Below are positions 51,194-61,742 of a DNA stretch of 64,000 bases, piece by piece. A program made the position numbers and the translations under genes. Each line of letters opens with the position of its first letter. Within the stretch, counting starts at the first letter, position 1. This DNA is from Ignisphaera sp. (lineage in GTDB: Archaea; Thermoproteota; Thermoprotei_A; Sulfolobales; Ignisphaeraceae), in NCBI GenBank assembly GCA_038889075.1, contig JAWAHS010000001.1, forward strand, positions 32,001-96,000. Direction: 5' to 3'. Below the pieces are notes generated by a model, which was not told where the DNA came from, did not search any database, and saw only the letters and a list, made by a program, of their open reading frames with translations.

Positions 51194-51595
51194 ATGAAAG
51201 TGGGATGGGCTGAAGTAGTAAAAAGATTGAATGAAGAAGCTCAAAACATATATATGGAATGCTCCAGTTGTACTTCATCAGAACAGTGTATAGCACTGTT
51301 ACCCATAACTACCCCTATCAGTATTACCAACCTCAATAGCTGCTGTTCATGTCTACTAAATCACATCTTAGATACAATTCCAAATATAAGTAGGATGTAC
51401 TTGCAGTCCAAAACATCCAACGAATACACAATAATATATGTATTAGGCGATGTAATTGTAGAGACGTCAGAAGACAGTACATTAGTGATACCAGTAGATA
51501 AGGTTCATGAATTTTTAGAAATTTTAAAAGAATTGGATAGCGAGACTGCGTCTTCTGTAGTTAAGTGGCTGGAAAATGAGGGCTTAAGAATCTAA
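51194..51595 (+). CDS. Hypothetical Cys-rich protein
   Basis: CSSC..C..CCSC cluster in a 133-aa ORF. Confidence 0.7.
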   Translation: MKVGWAEVVKRLNEEAQNIYMECSSCTSSEQCIALLPITTPISITNLNSCCSCLLNHILDTIPNISRMYLQSKTSNEYTIIYVLGDVIVETSEDSTLVIPVDKVHEFLEILKELDSETASSVVKWLENEGLRI

Positions 51596-51609
51596 AATCG
51601 CCATAGCAT

Positions 51610-52302
51610 TTATAGTGTATTGAGGTTTACATTAATATTTCCCCTACCATCTATATCTATGGTACTGTAGAATCCTTTTGCCAGCGGACCAGGATTTATG
51701 ATTATAGTTCTATCTATTCTATCAATACAGCGAGATTCGTGTACATGTCCGCATAAAGCTAGCGTAGGTTTCGTATATTCGATAAAACTTCTAATGGCTT
51801 TTGAACCAATGTGATTACCGCTAAAAATTCTATCACATGCAGTATTGTATGGTGGTGCATGAGTTACTAAGATATAAAATTCATTATCTAGAGTAGTTTT
51901 ACCTTTGCACTTTGTATACACAGACTGAAGAGCACGATAAATGTCTTCTTCAGAATATTCAAGTATAGTATTGAATGGTGTTATGGTAGATCCTCCGAAG
52001 CCTATGAATAGCACATCTTTTATCCTCTCACATTCTTCATGGATATATATAAATGTCGGATCCTCTAATTGTTTATAATGATTTATGTAATCTACGTTAC
52101 CTGGTACGGCTACTACATAGCCTATATTAAAGTTCTTTGCAATTGATAGAAGTCTTTTTAAAGAATTCAGTGTTTCAAGGTGGTTACGATACGGTGCTAT
52201 ATCGCCGGAAAATACTATTACTTCGACATCATTTTCTCTAGCTAGAACTTCTCTGAGTCTATCTACGTAACCATGTATATCACTTATTGCTATAAGCTTC
52301 AA
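51610..52302 (-). CDS. Calcineurin-like metallophosphoesterase
   Basis: SDIHG, GD, PGNVD, THAPP, CGHVHE, NPG. Confidence 0.92.
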   Translation of the reverse strand: MKLIAISDIHGYVDRLREVLARENDVEVIVFSGDIAPYRNHLETLNSLKRLLSIAKNFNIGYVVAVPGNVDYINHYKQLEDPTFIYIHEECERIKDVLFIGFGGSTITPFNTILEYSEEDIYRALQSVYTKCKGKTTLDNEFYILVTHAPPYNTACDRIFSGNHIGSKAIRSFIEYTKPTLALCGHVHESRCIDRIDRTIIINPGPLAKGFYSTIDIDGRGNINVNLNTL

Positions 52303-53249
52303 TCTGCATCGCCTAACTCTACATCACTACTCCTTATGTTAGACTTTAAAATATTGATGCCATTAGCAGGCTCTCTACTATATAATTCTCTTCTACGAGC
52401 CTCTAAAAATCGAGGTTCGATGCCCATAAAATTCGCTGCATTAACTATTCTCTTTCCAGCCTTAATGAAATCTTCTATCACCCTAGAAATTTTATCTAAA
52501 TAGTTCAGCTCTCTACATATGTGGTGATCCAGTATTATAGTTTCTAATTCAGATATTCTTGAAAATAGTCTAAGGAACTGTAAAGATCTTTCAAAACTAT
52601 TCATTGAGTAACTATAATTTAAAAGATAGGTAGGGGGCCCATCAATGATTGCAATTCTAGGAGAACATATTTTAAAAATTTGTAGGTGATCATCTAATGG
52701 CCCACCTTCTATATCAGAAGTAAATAGAATTGCAGAATCTTTATCCTTAATACATAAGGATAGTACATAACCTAATCGATTATTCTCACCGTGTGGTAAT
52801 GGATGAGAAAATAGTATTTGGGTTCTTCCAACATCTATTGCACTGCCATCTGCAATTCTTACTTTCCTAGACCTCTCTTTTACAATCTTCAGAAACCTGT
52901 CAGCTCTCATTTTCTGTGATAAATTGATATAGTGGTGAGGATCCTTAACCAAAAATGTTCTGTTTCGATAGATATCTATATCTATAAATCGACCAGGATC
53001 GTGATGATCATAGTGATAATGTGTTATGATTACATATTCGCTATCCTGAATAAAGGAGCTAATACTTCCAAACACCTCTAATAGTCTTAATGCCTCAATC
53101 TTATGAGGGGGAAGATTATATCTTCTTGGTGCTAGAGCAGCTGACGGATCTATGAATATTGAGGTATCAGATGTTTGTATATATGTGGCTTGTGATCTTA
53201 CACCAAGGCTTTCAAAAGCTATCAACTTTAAGAACATTGATGTACACAC
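52299..53249 (-). CDS. MBL-fold hydrolase (UPF0282-like)
   Basis: ESLGVRS, LAPRRY.LPP, THYHYDHH, SDIEG, GPPTY, LDHH. Confidence 0.88.
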   Translation of the reverse strand: MCTSMFLKLIAFESLGVRSQATYIQTSDTSIFIDPSAALAPRRYNLPPHKIEALRLLEVFGSISSFIQDSEYVIITHYHYDHHDPGRFIDIDIYRNRTFLVKDPHHYINLSQKMRADRFLKIVKERSRKVRIADGSAIDVGRTQILFSHPLPHGENNRLGYVLSLCIKDKDSAILFTSDIEGGPLDDHLQIFKICSPRIAIIDGPPTYLLNYSYSMNSFERSLQFLRLFSRISELETIILDHHICRELNYLDKISRVIEDFIKAGKRIVNAANFMGIEPRFLEARRRELYSREPANGINILKSNIRSSDVELGDAD

Positions 53250-53264
53250 AGAAATGTTGTGTAC

Positions 53265-53687
53265 CTAAATTTTTTCGATGACAAATATTGTAGTAGAGCT
53301 TGCTATATCAGTATCTAAACAACGTAGAAAAGTATTGACATGTACAATTCTATCCGATCTACTTGTTATACACGACTCTAATTCTATATCACCAAGTACT
53401 TCAGGTTGCTTTAGAAAGTTTATCGAATGGCTTATAGCCACCAGGAATTCATCATCCTCTATGGTAAGTTTAGCTGCATTCTCAGCAGCAGTAAGTGTTA
53501 GCATTGCAATATAGCTACCATGTATATTCCCATGACTATTGAATAGCTGCGGTGTGGTTTCTAGTACTATATGCATACATTTGTTTTTTCTATCCTCTCT
53601 ATGCTCTCTAATTTTTAGTGCTTCTTTTAAAGATTCTGGAAGAAGGTCTAGGTCGATATCTGAAGATAACACAGTTTCACCCACCAA
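53265..53687 (-). CDS. PaaI/hotdog-fold thioesterase
   Basis: FNSHGNIHGS, SINFLK. Confidence 0.8.
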   Translation of the reverse strand: MVGETVLSSDIDLDLLPESLKEALKIREHREDRKNKCMHIVLETTPQLFNSHGNIHGSYIAMLTLTAAENAAKLTIEDDEFLVAISHSINFLKQPEVLGDIELESCITSRSDRIVHVNTFLRCLDTDIASSTTIFVIEKI

Positions 53688-53705
53688 TTACATGAAGATA
53701 TTAGA

Positions 53706-54467
53706 CTAGGTTTTAAATTTAGTATAGCTATAGATATCTCTATATATGTCTTTAATACCGTTTATTAGCTGGTCTATACCTATGTATACGATTCCCTCGC
53801 GAATGATCATTGCCATAGCTTCATCAGTTAGCGATGGAGCCACAATTACACCCCGTACACTAAGTCCTCTTGAAGCATAGTATTCAAGGTACCTCTTTAA
53901 TTGTAAAATTGCAGAAATCCCCGCTTTTTCATTTTTAACTTCAACTATTATTAAATTTTCCTTCTCATCTTTAAGAAGTATATCGATCTTTCCATAGGGT
54001 GTAGAAATATCTGTTCCAACCACTATAGAAGCATTTAGTATACTGCTAGGGTTTAAAACTATGAGCTTCACTATGTCAGATTCCTTACCCATTATTAATA
54101 ATTTTGACGTTACTATATTGCATATTTTAATGAAATCTACTTTAATGAAATCAATTAATAGTTCTTCATGTGGATTAGTTCTATACGATTTCACTTTCAA
54201 TCGGTTTTCTATGCAACTAAATAGTGATATCGATTTTGGTGGTTGCCAATTCAATGGTTCCACCTTGCTTGATTCGTGAACTAGTAGAGAACCATCTGGT
54301 TTAAGTAATACTATCCTATCACCCTCTGGGGCATAGGATACGGCTCTGCCAATATACTCTATCGCAATTCGTCCAACAATAATTATGGTACTATATCTCT
54401 TTGCATTGTTCAGCTTTTCAGCGGTCTCTTTACAATCAACAACGCTAATCTCACTACATGTATTCAT
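53706..54467 (-). CDS. nucS: Mismatch-specific endonuclease NucS/EndoMS
   Basis: YIGRA, KPDGSLLVH, PLNWQP, GKIDIL, VEVK, QLKRY. Confidence 0.93.
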   Translation of the reverse strand: MNTCSEISVVDCKETAEKLNNAKRYSTIIIVGRIAIEYIGRAVSYAPEGDRIVLLKPDGSLLVHESSKVEPLNWQPPKSISLFSCIENRLKVKSYRTNPHEELLIDFIKVDFIKICNIVTSKLLIMGKESDIVKLIVLNPSSILNASIVVGTDISTPYGKIDILLKDEKENLIIVEVKNEKAGISAILQLKRYLEYYASRGLSVRGVIVAPSLTDEAMAMIIREGIVYIGIDQLINGIKDIYRDIYSYTKFKT

Positions 54468-54472
54468 AGAGA

Positions 54473-55471
54473 TCAACATAAGCTATTCATAATGAATTCT
54501 TTCAATATGTTCTTGAGCTTTTCCAGCGATTCATAGTTTTTTATAGTAATTGAGGCAGCTTCTTTATGTCCACCATAAACACCCTCCATCTTTTGTGGTA
54601 GCCACTGGGTTAAGTTTTTACAAAAGTCGAGTGCTTTTCCTTCAGACGATCTCACCGTTATGACAGCTTTATCCTCTTCTTCTCTCAAAAGAACTATTGG
54701 ACACCTAAACTTCTTTATATATTCTGAAGATGCTATTCCAAAGAGGCCAGCAAATATGAGCGACTCTGTAATGGTGAATGATGCTAAATGCCATCTGCAT
54801 ACTTTTTCGATTCTTTCCTCAATTTTCTTCAGTAATAATTGTAGAAGCCATTTGCTTTTCCAAAATCTCTTTTCAAATTCACTAGAATTCCAGAATTCCT
54901 CGCCATTTACAATAGCCTTTACGGATGAGATAATCAATTTTTCATTTAAAGGTTCAGTTGCTAGTACAAGCTTTATTCTATCTGCAGCATCTTGCATATT
55001 CGTATCTTCAGCGTCTCCTCCCTCACATATGTTTGCTATACTTACTAGAAATTTCTCATATGTATTGAGATTTTTTATAAGTAGATTTGAAATTACTTGA
55101 GGTGTTGACTGTACACCGTGCCAGTAAGTTTTCACCTTCATTTCAGAACCCTTAAGTGCTTCAATTGTATGTAGTGATGAAAGGTGATGGTCTATGATAA
55201 TTATGTTTGTTGATGATCGACTGAAATTTTTTGATAGTATGTCAATAATACTATCCCGTATAGCTAGGTCAAGGATAACTATCGTCTCTATACATTCCTT
55301 ACACATTCTCTTAGCTATAGTAAGTATATCCTGTTCTAGTCTCCAGGGATGTGAATATCTTAATATAATATGTGAGGGAAAGAAATCCATCAAGAAGTGC
55401 CTAATGTATAGTCCGGCGGAAATAACTCCATCACAATCGCCATGGAATATGATGACAGCCTTACCACGCAT
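54473..55471 (-). CDS. DHH-DHHA1 family phosphoesterase
   Basis: HGDCDG, ILDL, IDHH, GGHKEAA. Confidence 0.9.
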   Translation of the reverse strand: MRGKAVIIFHGDCDGVISAGLYIRHFLMDFFPSHIILRYSHPWRLEQDILTIAKRMCKECIETIVILDLAIRDSIIDILSKNFSRSSTNIIIIDHHLSSLHTIEALKGSEMKVKTYWHGVQSTPQVISNLLIKNLNTYEKFLVSIANICEGGDAEDTNMQDAADRIKLVLATEPLNEKLIISSVKAIVNGEEFWNSSEFEKRFWKSKWLLQLLLKKIEERIEKVCRWHLASFTITESLIFAGLFGIASSEYIKKFRCPIVLLREEEDKAVITVRSSEGKALDFCKNLTQWLPQKMEGVYGGHKEAASITIKNYESLEKLKNILKEFIMNSLC

Positions 55472-55539
55472 TAAATTTCGCCATTAAAAATTCTTCTTAC
55501 AGCGTTATATATATTAATCTGCACACAAGTAGTGGTATT

Positions 55540-56622
55540 ATGAAGGGAATGCAATTAATGAATTCAACATCTTTTAATGGGTATAAGGATTACATTTCAC
55601 ATGCATTCAACATCTTGAGAAGGCAAAAGTACCATATAATAGGAAGCCATAGTGCTGTTAAGAAGTGTTATTGGGTTCATAAAGCTCTAATAGAGAGAAT
55701 GTTTTGCTACAAGGCTAAGTTTTACGGTATCGAATCTCATAGATGTATGCAATTTTCACCAGCTATTCTTTGGTGTTGGAATTACTGCTTACACTGCTGG
55801 AGGTACAGAACAGAGGATCAGAACAGTAGAATATGGATGAAACTTCCTGAGGATATAGATGATCCAAGGACTATCGTTGATATAGCTATAAAGGAACATC
55901 GGAGAACAATTAGTGGGTATAGGAGATATCCAAATGTTAATGCAGATATGTATCGGGAGGCTATGAATCCAAAACATGTAGCTATTAGCCTAACTGGCGA
56001 ACCTACACTCTATCCGAGACTTGACGAACTTATTGAAGAATTTCATAAACGTAATATCACAACCTTTCTCGTGACACGTGGAATACGACCCGAGATTCTC
56101 GCAAATCTGAAGGTTGAACCTACACAGCTCTACATATCTATTGAAGCTTTTGATGAATACAGCTATATGAAATTCAACAATCCTATATCTCCTATTCTTT
56201 GGAAAAAGACATTAGAATCGCTAGATATTCTTCCAAGCTTTACGAGCCCTACTGTAATCAGAATAACACTGGTTAAAGGATTTAACATGAATACAGAAGC
56301 TGTTGAAAAGTGGGCTAAAATGTTACTAAAGGCCTGTCCAACATTTATCGAAGTCAAGGCCTATATGCATATAGGGATGTCTATAACTAGATTAAGCCGC
56401 GATGCCATGCCTAGTCATAGTGAGGTTAAAAAGTATGCAAAGATGCTTGCTGAAGAAATTGGGTATAGTATTGCTTCAGAGAGTAGAGTTAGTAGAGTTG
56501 TACTACTTTCAAGGCTAGAGAAACCCATTATAAGATATGGCAATCCGCCCATCAATTGGTATGATATGGAAACAGTAGATGAAAAATTAGATGAGTACGG
56601 TTCGGTCCAAGAAATTATATGA
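55540..56622 (+). CDS. taw1: 4-demethylwyosine synthase (radical SAM)
   Basis: HSAVKKCYW, CYKAKFYGIESHRC, CWNYCLHCWR, PKHVAISLTGEP, FIEVKAY. Confidence 0.95.
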   Translation: MKGMQLMNSTSFNGYKDYISHAFNILRRQKYHIIGSHSAVKKCYWVHKALIERMFCYKAKFYGIESHRCMQFSPAILWCWNYCLHCWRYRTEDQNSRIWMKLPEDIDDPRTIVDIAIKEHRRTISGYRRYPNVNADMYREAMNPKHVAISLTGEPTLYPRLDELIEEFHKRNITTFLVTRGIRPEILANLKVEPTQLYISIEAFDEYSYMKFNNPISPILWKKTLESLDILPSFTSPTVIRITLVKGFNMNTEAVEKWAKMLLKACPTFIEVKAYMHIGMSITRLSRDAMPSHSEVKKYAKMLAEEIGYSIASESRVSRVVLLSRLEKPIIRYGNPPINWYDMETVDEKLDEYGSVQEII

Positions 56623-56777
56623 TCGCTATAACTTTGTGTAGCACTTTGATAAAACGAATTGATTTATTTAAGAATATAGAGTAGAACACATCTATCCATA
56701 CTTCATGTTAATTTCTACTTTTAATCTGAAGTAGATAAAATTTTAACCGAAACTGCTCCAAATTAGGTGGATAGTGA

Positions 56778-57779
56778 TTGGTACTAGGGCAGGTGAGGGT
56801 AAGCGATAATGGAGCCATCGAATTCCCGTATAACATCTGTATAGATGGCCATTCTAATGGATGTTTAACAAGAGTCGTTACACATATACATGCAGATCAC
56901 ACACTACACTTAGATAAAAGTATCATTGCAAGTAGATATGTTATTGGTACACCAATTACAGTTGAGCTATTAAACGTGTTAGGCTACAATGTACCATCCA
57001 TAAAAACCGTTCTACTGAACTATGGTGAAGCTATAAACTTTGAAGATGTTAAGCTTAAGCTTGAAGTAGCACAGCATATACCTGGAACGGCTCAAGTAGT
57101 GGTTCAAGATGGGAATTCAATTGTAGCGTATACGAGCGATTTTAAAAATCCAGGCAATGGAACCAAAATCATTAAAGATGCGGATATACTGGTTATAGAT
57201 GCTACATATGGAGATCCCAGATATTCTAGGGTAGATGAAAATCATATATGGAATGAATTCATAAAGATAGTTAGAAAACTTCTTACAGTAGCACCCATAG
57301 CTATATATGCATACTATGGAAAAGCACATGAGGTTATGAATAGATTGAGGGAAGAGGGTATTGATGCACCCTTTATTCTCTCACACCATCATTGGAAGGT
57401 GAACCAGGTATTGAGTAAATACGGCTATAATGTACGGGATACTGTTCTCTATGGTAGTAGAGAGTGTGATGAAATTAAAAGAGATGGATGGTTTATAGAA
57501 TTTCACCATGCAACGCTATTCAAATCATTCAGATCGAGAATAGGTCTATTCCACATATTTCTTACAGGTAGATTTGCAAAAACAATTATTAAACTGGATG
57601 AAGGTAATAGCTGGATTATTGGAATAAGTGGTCATGCAGATTTTAATGAACTAATTTACTATATTGATGAAGCTAAACCGAGCCTTCTCATTGTAGATGG
57701 ATTTAGAAGCAACTATGCTGAAAGGTTCGCAACCATTGTAAAAGAGAGACTTGGCCTGAGGGTTACTGTAAATCCATAG
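56778..57779 (+). CDS. MBL-fold/beta-CASP-like nuclease
   Basis: THIHADH, HIPG, YTSDF, IDATYG, SGHAD. Confidence 0.85.
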   Translation: MVLGQVRVSDNGAIEFPYNICIDGHSNGCLTRVVTHIHADHTLHLDKSIIASRYVIGTPITVELLNVLGYNVPSIKTVLLNYGEAINFEDVKLKLEVAQHIPGTAQVVVQDGNSIVAYTSDFKNPGNGTKIIKDADILVIDATYGDPRYSRVDENHIWNEFIKIVRKLLTVAPIAIYAYYGKAHEVMNRLREEGIDAPFILSHHHWKVNQVLSKYGYNVRDTVLYGSRECDEIKRDGWFIEFHHATLFKSFRSRIGLFHIFLTGRFAKTIIKLDEGNSWIIGISGHADFNELIYYIDEAKPSLLIVDGFRSNYAERFATIVKERLGLRVTVNP

Positions 57780-58002
57780 CCAGCATTGTCTTCTTATAAC
57801 TTGTTATTCTACCACGGTTTAAAATCTAGAATGACCTTTGCAAAGAGTTCTCTATTCATAAGCTAGGCATTTCGATCAGCCTTCGTGCAACGGATTTCAT
57901 TTGTTACCGAATTTCTTTAAAAAAAAAAATAGATCTCACTAGACATGATAGCTTGATAATAACGGATTATATTTACTTAGTAGAAGGAGATGGAAAGTAG
58001 CT

Positions 58003-58012
58003 AAGTTTATAA
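58003..58012 (+). promoter_or_regulatory. Probable TATA box for rpl12-alaS
   Basis: AAG-TTTATAA upstream of the AGGTG SD and ATG 58068. Confidence 0.5.
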
Positions 58013-58067
58013 GAGCGACTCGTATAGTTTGCTTTACGAGTACTGCGTTAGAAAGGTGTTTGGAAAT

Positions 58068-58391
58068 ATGGAGTATATATATGCAGTACTATTATTGCAT
58101 TCAGCGAAAAAAGATATATCTGAAGGTAATATAAAGAAGATACTTGAGGCAGCAGGTATAGCTGTAGATGATATCAGGTTAAAAGCACTAGTTGCAGCTG
58201 TAAAAGAATTGAATATAGATGACGTACTCAAATCATCACTTGCAATGCCTGTAACACCCACAGTAACAGCAGCTACACCAGCTCAAACACAGCAACAGCA
58301 GCAGGTTTCCGAGACAAAAGAGGAGGAAGAGAAGAAGGAAGGAATTTCAGAAGAACAGTTAGCAGAGGGTTTAACAGCACTATTTGGTTAA
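58068..58391 (+). CDS. rpl12: 50S ribosomal stalk protein P1 (L12)
   Basis: MEYIYAVLLLH, Ala/Thr hinge, acidic tail ending GLTALFG. Confidence 0.96.
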   Translation: MEYIYAVLLLHSAKKDISEGNIKKILEAAGIAVDDIRLKALVAAVKELNIDDVLKSSLAMPVTPTVTAATPAQTQQQQQVSETKEEEEKKEGISEEQLAEGLTALFG

Positions 58392-58453
58392 CGCATCAAC
58401 ATCCGTCCAATATAAGAAGAAAATCTTTATAGAATGAAAACATCAAAGGTATT

Positions 58454-61201
58454 ATGATGAGTAGAACCATCAACGATTCAATATATAGAGTCAGACTATT
58501 TAAGGAAAAATATTTAAGGAATAAATGCAGAAAATGTGGAGCATATTTTTGGAGTATTAAAGCTAGAGAAGATTGTAATGATGCTCCCTGCAGCGATTAC
58601 ACATTTTTCAATATACCAGTTAAGAGAGTATTAAGCTATAGGGATACTAAAAATATCTTTTTAGGTTTTTTCAATAGATATGGACACGAGATTATAGAAC
58701 CAAGACCTGTTGTAGCTAGATGGAGAGAGGATCTATATCTTACAATAGCGAGCATTGTTGTATTTCAACCCCATGTTACATCCGGACTGGTTCCCCCACC
58801 AGCCAATCCATTAGTAATAGCGCAACCATGTATAAGGCTAGAGGATATAGACTCTGTTGGACTGACCATTGGCAGACATTTGACGAATTTCATAATGGGT
58901 GGCCATCACGCATTCAACTATAAAGATAAACACATCTACTGGACTGATGAAACAGTTGAATATGCAAAGCAATTCTTCGTCGAAGAGATAGGGGTTCCTG
59001 AGGAAGAGATAGTATTCAAAGAATCGTGGTGGGAGGGTGGAGGTAATGCTGGACCATGCTTCGAAGTAGCCATAGGTGGTCTTGAAGTAGCTACTCTCGT
59101 ATTTATGATGTATCGAGTTGATGGCTCTAACTATGTAGAGATGCCTCTTAAGATTGTCGATACTGGATATGGAATTGAGAGAATAGCATGGTTTACACAG
59201 AAAACTCCTACAGCATTTCATGCCGTATATGAAGATCTTGTAGGAGAATTCCATAGGCTTTTAAATATACCAGAGCCTGATAGGGAAATACTCTATGAGT
59301 TTTCTAGGAGAGCTGGTAAAATAAAACCTGACGATCCAACAACTATAGATATTATTTTTGTTGAAATTGGTGAAGCTATGGGAGTTAAAAGGAGTTTAAT
59401 TGAGGATCAGATAAGACCCGTATTTGATCTATATGCCATCCTTGATCATACTAAGACCATATCGCTGATGCTTTCGGATGGCATAGTTCCTTCAAATAGT
59501 GGTGAAGGTTATCTAGCTAGACTTGTTATTAGAAGGGTACTAAGAAGATTAAGTAGGCTACGTAATGATGTACCGTTAATTGATCTTGTTAATAGACAAT
59601 TGAATTTCTGGGGAGATATGTATCCAAGGATGATAAAAAATAGGGAAAGGATAAAGGAAATTATAGAACTTGAGGAGGAGAAGTATAGAGAAACGCTATC
59701 AAGAGTTTCGACGGTAGCGAGTAGGTATTCGAAGAGAAGTCCTACGATCGAAGATTTAGTTGAACTATACGATTCTTATGGAATACCACCGGACGTAATT
59801 AGTAGTGAACTTAAGAAGAGATATGGTGTGGTAGTAGAGGTTCCACAAAATTTCTATTCAATCGTCGCATCCAAACATAGTAGGCCAAAAATTGTTAGAG
59901 AAAAAGAATATGAAATAGGAAAGCTACCTGAATATGTAATTAACTGGGCTTCGAAATTCCCAGAAACTAGAAGGATATTTCACGAAGACTCTTATCAGAG
60001 AGTCTTCAAGGCTAAGGTGCTGGGAGTTCTAGACAAAAGATATGTAGTTCTAGATTCGACAGCATTCTATCCTGAAGGAGGAGGCCAGATAGGAGATAAG
60101 GGGGTATTGATAGCAGGTTCTAAGAGTTATAGGGTTGTAGAAACTAGGAAGATAGACGGTGTGGTAGTACATATTGTAGATGATGGTGATGGTATTTCTG
60201 AAAATATGGAGGTTATTGGTGAAATAGATTGGGGTACTAGATATAGGAGGATGAGGCACCATACAGCTACGCATATACTGTTAGGAGCTCTTAGAAGGGT
60301 TTTAGGAGAACACATCTGGCAGGCAGGTGCTGAAAAAACAGAATTCAAGGCTAGATTAGATGTAACACACTATAAACTTCCTTCCAATACCGAGATTAAG
60401 GAAATTGAAAGATTGGCCAACAACGTAGTTGATAGTGCTATTGATGTTAGAATAAGCTACCTACCTAAAAATACAGCTGAGAATCTATACGGGTTTACAT
60501 TATACCAGGGAGGGGTGCCTCTGACGCCAGTGATAAGGGTTGTTGAGATACCCAATTGGGATGCGGAGGCCTGCTTTGGTACACATGTTAGAAATACTAG
60601 TGAAGTTGGTGGCATAAAGATAGTGAATGTTGAAAAAATTGCAGATGGTGTAGTAAGATTTGAATATGTGGTAGCAACAGCATTGGTAGAACATGTTAGA
60701 GGTCTTGAAGAGAGATTGAAGGATATTGCTGATAAGATTGGTGCTAGCATGTATGATGTTAGTAAGAGGGTAGATACATTAACCAAAGAGCTGAGCAATC
60801 TAAAGAATATGCTGAGGATGTATAGAGAGAAGTATGTAAGTGAGCTTCTTCAGCAAATAGCTGACAAGGCTGTAGATATGGGATTAGCTAGATTCCATCT
60901 ACTTAAGTTAAATATGGATGATAAGGAAATGTTGAGAGAGCTATTGGTTAAAGCAGTAGCTAAAGAACCTAGGCTGGCTATATTAGCAATAGTTCCTCAG
61001 AATGGTAAGACATATATAGAGGTATCCCTTGGATCAGAGGCGCAGAAAAACATTAATGCAAAAGACATAGTATCAGAGATATCAAAGTATACGAATATTA
61101 GAGCTGGTGGAAAGAAGGATCATGTAACAGGCATTATAGAATCGGATATAGATGCTGCAGAAAAGATTATACAGAAAGCAATCCAGAAATACAGAAAATA
61201 A
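58454..61201 (+). CDS. alaS: Alanyl-tRNA synthetase (archaeal type)
   Basis: ARWREDLYLTIASI, WEGGGNAGP, DTGYGIER, FYPEGGGQ, editing HHTATH and CFGTH. Confidence 0.97.
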   Translation: MMSRTINDSIYRVRLFKEKYLRNKCRKCGAYFWSIKAREDCNDAPCSDYTFFNIPVKRVLSYRDTKNIFLGFFNRYGHEIIEPRPVVARWREDLYLTIASIVVFQPHVTSGLVPPPANPLVIAQPCIRLEDIDSVGLTIGRHLTNFIMGGHHAFNYKDKHIYWTDETVEYAKQFFVEEIGVPEEEIVFKESWWEGGGNAGPCFEVAIGGLEVATLVFMMYRVDGSNYVEMPLKIVDTGYGIERIAWFTQKTPTAFHAVYEDLVGEFHRLLNIPEPDREILYEFSRRAGKIKPDDPTTIDIIFVEIGEAMGVKRSLIEDQIRPVFDLYAILDHTKTISLMLSDGIVPSNSGEGYLARLVIRRVLRRLSRLRNDVPLIDLVNRQLNFWGDMYPRMIKNRERIKEIIELEEEKYRETLSRVSTVASRYSKRSPTIEDLVELYDSYGIPPDVISSELKKRYGVVVEVPQNFYSIVASKHSRPKIVREKEYEIGKLPEYVINWASKFPETRRIFHEDSYQRVFKAKVLGVLDKRYVVLDSTAFYPEGGGQIGDKGVLIAGSKSYRVVETRKIDGVVVHIVDDGDGISENMEVIGEIDWGTRYRRMRHHTATHILLGALRRVLGEHIWQAGAEKTEFKARLDVTHYKLPSNTEIKEIERLANNVVDSAIDVRISYLPKNTAENLYGFTLYQGGVPLTPVIRVVEIPNWDAEACFGTHVRNTSEVGGIKIVNVEKIADGVVRFEYVVATALVEHVRGLEERLKDIADKIGASMYDVSKRVDTLTKELSNLKNMLRMYREKYVSELLQQIADKAVDMGLARFHLLKLNMDDKEMLRELLVKAVAKEPRLAILAIVPQNGKTYIEVSLGSEAQKNINAKDIVSEISKYTNIRAGGKKDHVTGIIESDIDAAEKIIQKAIQKYRK

Positions 61202-61242
61202 AACACACAAACCTAAAAACTCCTGCAAATAGACAGCTAATT

Positions 61243-61320
61243 GGGCCCGTAGCTCAGCCAGGACAGAGCGCTGGCCTTCTAAGCCAGTGGTCCGGGGTTC
61301 AAATCCCCGCGGGCCCGCCA
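61243..61320 (+). tRNA. tRNA-Arg(TCT), intronless, CCA encoded
   Basis: Acceptor GGGCCCG/CGGGCCC, anticodon arm CTGGC-CTTCTAA-GCCAG (TCT 61278-80), T loop TTCAAAT, 3' GCCA. Confidence 0.97.
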
Positions 61321-61485
61321 CACTAAAAAGGCCCAAAAACCATTTAATCGACTGTTCTACCTCGGATCCTTGATTATAAGAGTTTATTAGAGGCCTGTCC
61401 TCTTCCCAATTCCATATAGCTGTTCATCTTCATTACAAATCCCTATGCTCTATAAACTTCAGTTCCTACTATACATATTGATAAC

Positions 61486-61540
61486 CCCTCGGGTGACGCT
61501 CCTGACGATGGGAGCGGAAGGACTTCCTGTACTCGCTTGA
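61486..61540 (+). other. GC-rich structured element, possible IS200/605/607 TnpB right-end (omega RNA) relic
   Basis: Hairpin CGCTCC/GGAGCG, adjacent GGAAG/CTTCC repeat, enclosed by CGGGT/ACTCG; family assignment is inference. Confidence 0.3.
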
Positions 61541-61742
61541 GAAGACCGTCGAGAAGCAGATGGTGTGGAGACTTGATATCAGAGAACAACATGAAGGTCT
61601 TGAGTTATCATCTGATGAGAAACGTTAACTAGAATTGGTCTGCATTTATCGTAATAGCTTCTCGAACTCGCATTCTCCATGATAAATATTGTAGAGGCAG
61701 AAAAATTTTAGAGCAAGAGAGCTGGAAATTATTAGCCTGGTA

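Noticed and set aside
57870-57930. Minus-strand ATGAAAT...CTGA half-motif and poly-A run
   Set aside because: Only half of a C/D architecture; the homopolymer is uninformative.
61082-61336. 84-aa minus-strand ORF containing GPRGFEPRT
   Set aside because: Typical artefact of translating a tRNA gene antisense.
61612-61623. CTGATGA-GAAA hammerhead ribozyme core
   Set aside because: No stem II between the core segments and no supporting stems I or III.
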